A stretch of DNA of 64,000 nt, from assembly GCA_021781455.1 (NCBI GenBank), contig JAJXWV010000033.1:201169-265168 (forward strand), written 5' to 3'. The translations under genes and the position numbers were made by a program. Every line of letters starts with the position of its first letter. The stretch's first letter is position 1. This stretch comes from Acidobacteriota bacterium. Lineage in GTDB: Bacteria; Acidobacteriota; Thermoanaerobaculia; Gp7-AA8. Below are positions 61,579-64,000 of the stretch, one piece after another. The notes under the pieces were generated by a model. The model searched no databases and was not told where the DNA came from. It was given only the letters and a program-made list of their open reading frames with translations.

Positions 61579-62232
61579 TTACGGCCGGCCTGACAGGACG
61601 ACATTCGGGCCGGGCTGCGGGCTGCCGCCGTTCTTCTCCAGGGTCACGACTACGTTCGTGATCGCCTTCGGCATGGTCGGCACGTTCACCGTCGCGTGTC
61701 CGTTCGTCACGCCGAACAGACCTCCGCTGGACGGTGAGCCGTCCGGGCCGTACAGCCACAGCTCGTAGTCGGCCTCTTTGCCGGTCGTTGGAAGCCCCGT
61801 GGTCACGAGCACGGCGTGCTCGACCGAAGGATCGACGAAGAGCCTGCCGCGCGCGGCACCCGCGGCCGGTGCGACCAGTGCGATCGTCTGCACATCGGGA
61901 GCGGAGATGACAGAGAGCTCGTCGGCGAGTTTCTCCTTCTGCTCCTTCAAGACGCTATTGGCGTTGGTGAGCTCCTTGATTTCGGCGCGCTCGCTTCGCG
62001 TCTGCTCACGCGCGACACGCATTCCTGCCTCGCGCCAGATCCACAACGCCAGGAAAAGAATGGCCAGGATGCCGAACCACCAGCCGAAGCCGCGGCCATC
62101 CGCAGCGGCTGGTTGCACTGCCGCGCTCAGACACTCGGGACAGCTCTCGACGTGCTCGCGAACCACCGCCTCCTCTTCGGGAGTCGCCGGTCCGCCTGCG
62201 GCGGCGATCGTCTGAAACTCGTCGTGGGTCAT
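61579..62232 (-). CDS. Anti-sigma factor with N-terminal zinc finger and C-terminal RskA-like (anti-sigma-K) domain
   Basis: HVESCPECLS (HxxxCxxC), a single TM, and a C-terminal RskA-type domain. No ECF sigma gene immediately upstream. Confidence 0.65.
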   Translation of the reverse strand: MTHDEFQTIAAAGGPATPEEEAVVREHVESCPECLSAAVQPAAADGRGFGWWFGILAILFLALWIWREAGMRVAREQTRSERAEIKELTNANSVLKEQKEKLADELSVISAPDVQTIALVAPAAGAARGRLFVDPSVEHAVLVTTGLPTTGKEADYELWLYGPDGSPSSGGLFGVTNGHATVNVPTMPKAITNVVVTLEKNGGSPQPGPNVVLSGRP

Positions 62233-62545
62233 CGCTCGCGCCTAACGCTTCCGGGATTCGTCCTCGGATTCGGTGCGATCCGAAGGAAACTCGATGTCCG
62301 TCCTGACACCCAGCCGCGTCTTCGTGCGCCGTCCGGGAAAGCCGCTCGGCCGTCCCGCCGATTGCGAGTTGACCGAATGTCCGTTCACACCCCCGTCCCA
62401 GAAACCCTTGCCTCTTACGTTCTCTCGTGGATTGCCTGCCATGCTCTTGTCCCGCTCGCTGAAGTGTGGCGATTCTAGTGGCAACGGCCGCGCCGGCCAA
62501 GTGGCATCGGAATGGCACTTTCAGGACTGCGCAGGGGGAGACCCG

Positions 62546-62828
62546 AATGGTCGACAACGTCGTACCGATCAGCAACTTTCACCCGTATCAGCCGCCCGGT
62601 GTCACACCGCACGCTGAGCAACCCGAGCGGGGGTTGCCGGGAGTGCTCGAAAGACTCGGCGTGGAGCCGGCGCGCTTCCGCAATTTCAAGGAACGAGTCG
62701 GCAGCATGAACGGCCGCGACTGGCTCGCTCAGCTGAGGTCGTTCGCTCGCAGCAGGCCGGCCGTGATCCTGACCGGCATCGCCGTCGCCGTCATCGGTGC
62801 GCGCCTGATCCGCCGGCGGGTCATGTAG
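62546..62828 (+). CDS. Hypothetical small protein with C-terminal TM helix
   Basis: GGGGGAG RBS 6 nt upstream of the ATG, GC3 about 83%, C-terminal hydrophobic helix (AVILTGIAVAVIGARLI). Confidence 0.4.
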
Positions 62829-62902
62829 AGGAGATGTGGCACCGACAGCCCGTTCCTGTCTCTTCTCGGGGCCCGGCACAGACCAGAGCGTCTGCGCCAC
62901 AT

Positions 62903-63313
62903 CTATTGCGAGTGCGTCGAGTAGTCGATCGTCACCCGATTGCCCACGATCCTGCCCTGCAGCCTCACCCGCGCAGAGGCAGGCGGAACACCCTTGCTCG
63001 TGCTCTGTCCGCTCAACTGGAAACTGCAGCAGCCATTCCGCACGTATGTCCCGGTCATGGTCCCCTGCGCGTCCTCGCTCTGCACCTCACCGCCGGGTTT
63101 GGTGACCATGCCGGCGGCGGCGAGCTCGGCGGCGCTCTCGGCGAGAGTGGCCGCCACGATGCGAGAGCGAAAACGCTGGGCCTCCTGCAACGACAGGGTC
63201 GAGTCGAGCAGCAGCAGCTCCATGAGCGCGAAATACAGCACGGCCAGCAGCAGCGCTGCGCCGAGCACGAATCCGCGCTGCCTACTGGTGCGCCCGCGGC
63301 TGGAGAATCTCAT
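62903..63313 (-). CDS. Putative pseudopilin-like protein (N-terminal TM; T2SS/T4P minor pilin cluster)
   Basis: N-terminal hydrophobic helix with Glu (FVLGAALLLAVLYFALMELLLLD). Adjacent to a prepilin-type gene. Confidence 0.4.
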   Translation of the reverse strand: MRFSSRGRTSRQRGFVLGAALLLAVLYFALMELLLLDSTLSLQEAQRFRSRIVAATLAESAAELAAAGMVTKPGGEVQSEDAQGTMTGTYVRNGCCSFQLSGQSTSKGVPPASARVRLQGRIVGNRVTIDYSTHSQ

Positions 63314-63788
63314 CGATGGCAAGCAGTCCTTTGGCGTCCGTCGCCTGCAGGCGGACCGAATCGGGGTGATCTTCGATCGGAAAGTCGGTGACCTGGAACT
63401 GCGGAACGCCACGGGCGGTCCATTCCGAAGTCTGCGCGCCGACGCTGAAGGCCCGGCGGTGCGCTTCGCCCTTGATGCTGAAGTCCCAGACGATGGTCTC
63501 GGCGAATCCGCTCTCCTGGAGCGAGTAGAGAATGAGGACCGTCGGCGATTGCGAGTACTTGTCGTAGGACTCGAGATAGTACGGGCTGGTGGCGTCCATG
63601 ACGTCCCTGCGCACCCTCGCCACCACCGCGCTGCTCTCCGGACGCGAGAGAAAGTCGACCGGCAGGCGCGCTTCGTAGCCGTTCATCTGCGCCGTCATCA
63701 GCGCCATGATGTAGAGAAACACGCCGAAGAGCGTCAGCGACACGAGCACTTCCATCAGCGTGAAACCCGCCGCGCGCCGGCTCACCAC
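63282..63788 (-). CDS. Prepilin-type N-terminal cleavage/methylation domain protein (pseudopilin)
   Basis: GFTLMEVLVSLTLFGVFL is the canonical class III signal / N-methylation motif (G-F-T-L-x-E). Confidence 0.65.
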   Translation of the reverse strand: MVSRRAAGFTLMEVLVSLTLFGVFLYIMALMTAQMNGYEARLPVDFLSRPESSAVVARVRRDVMDATSPYYLESYDKYSQSPTVLILYSLQESGFAETIVWDFSIKGEAHRRAFSVGAQTSEWTARGVPQFQVTDFPIEDHPDSVRLQATDAKGLLAIDEILQPRAHQ

Positions 63789-64000
63789 AGGTTCGTTCCT
63801 CCCGTGTCCACACGCTTGATGGCCAGCGTGGCCACGCGCCGTCCGCCGCGCCAGCGCACCGTCATCACCACGTTCTTGACCGCCGGCGAGGCGGTCGTCA
63901 CCGTCACCGACGTCGAGTACGGCAATAGAGGCTCGAGGATCGTGGTCTGGCTCATGAAGGAGGTCGGCGACGACTCCAGGTTCGCGAAGTCGATCCGCCG
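63782..64000 (-). CDS. Hypothetical protein, C-terminal fragment (gene starts beyond the window end); probably part of the pseudopilin cluster
   Basis: In-frame translation ...TILEPLLPYSTSVTVTTASPAVKNVVMTVRWRGGRRVATLAIKRVDTGGTNLW-stop. 4-nt overlap with the downstream prepilin start. Confidence 0.35.
   Translation of the reverse strand, partial: RRIDFANLESSPTSFMSQTTILEPLLPYSTSVTVTTASPAVKNVVMTVRWRGGRRVATLAIKRVDTGGTNLW

Noticed and set aside
62242-62484. 80-aa ORF upstream of the anti-sigma gene
   Set aside because: GC3 about 70%, clearly below neighbouring genes. The predicted protein is disordered and basic, and there is no RBS. Treated as part of a non-coding leader.

Overview
High-GC (about 68%) bacterial chromosomal window, with gene content resembling Acidobacteria/Solibacter-type genomes. 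It is densely packed with mostly housekeeping and envelope genes. Recognisable genes include cyclophilin, an ECF sigma/anti-sigma/DUF4097 module, O-antigen ligase, a GT4 glycosyltransferase, GGDEF/EAL proteins, proS, a complete bacillithiol operon (bshA-bshB1-bshC plus a SAM methyltransferase), an MglA-like GTPase, eda, galU, a Phd/RelE toxin-antitoxin pair, maf, an MCE/MlaD protein, ddl, a complete rrf2-sufBCDS-sufU-sufT operon, eno, a glycerate kinase and fabI. Four things stand out. (1) A 2.4-kb-codon single ORF fuses a TamB/AsmA-like protein covalently to a complete Omp85/BamA-TamA-like POTRA plus beta-barrel module. (2) Short structured repeats are very dense. One class is hairpins built from inverted arrays of tandem 7-8 nt units; there are many sequence variants sharing the same architecture, and some carry cargo in their loops. 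The others are three further REP/MITE-like families. These repeats sit at almost every gene junction and are even inserted in-frame in sufD, sufS and sufC. (3) A catabolic operon encodes a LigB-like::RidA fusion, an aldehyde dehydrogenase, a cyclase/formamidase and an asparaginase-II-like protein; it is split by a low-GC four-helix-bundle gene insertion. (4) A periplasmic rhodanese gene divergent from the suf operon carries an in-frame TGA next to its catalytic Cys. Many long antisense ORFs in the six-frame track are GC-content artefacts and were not called.
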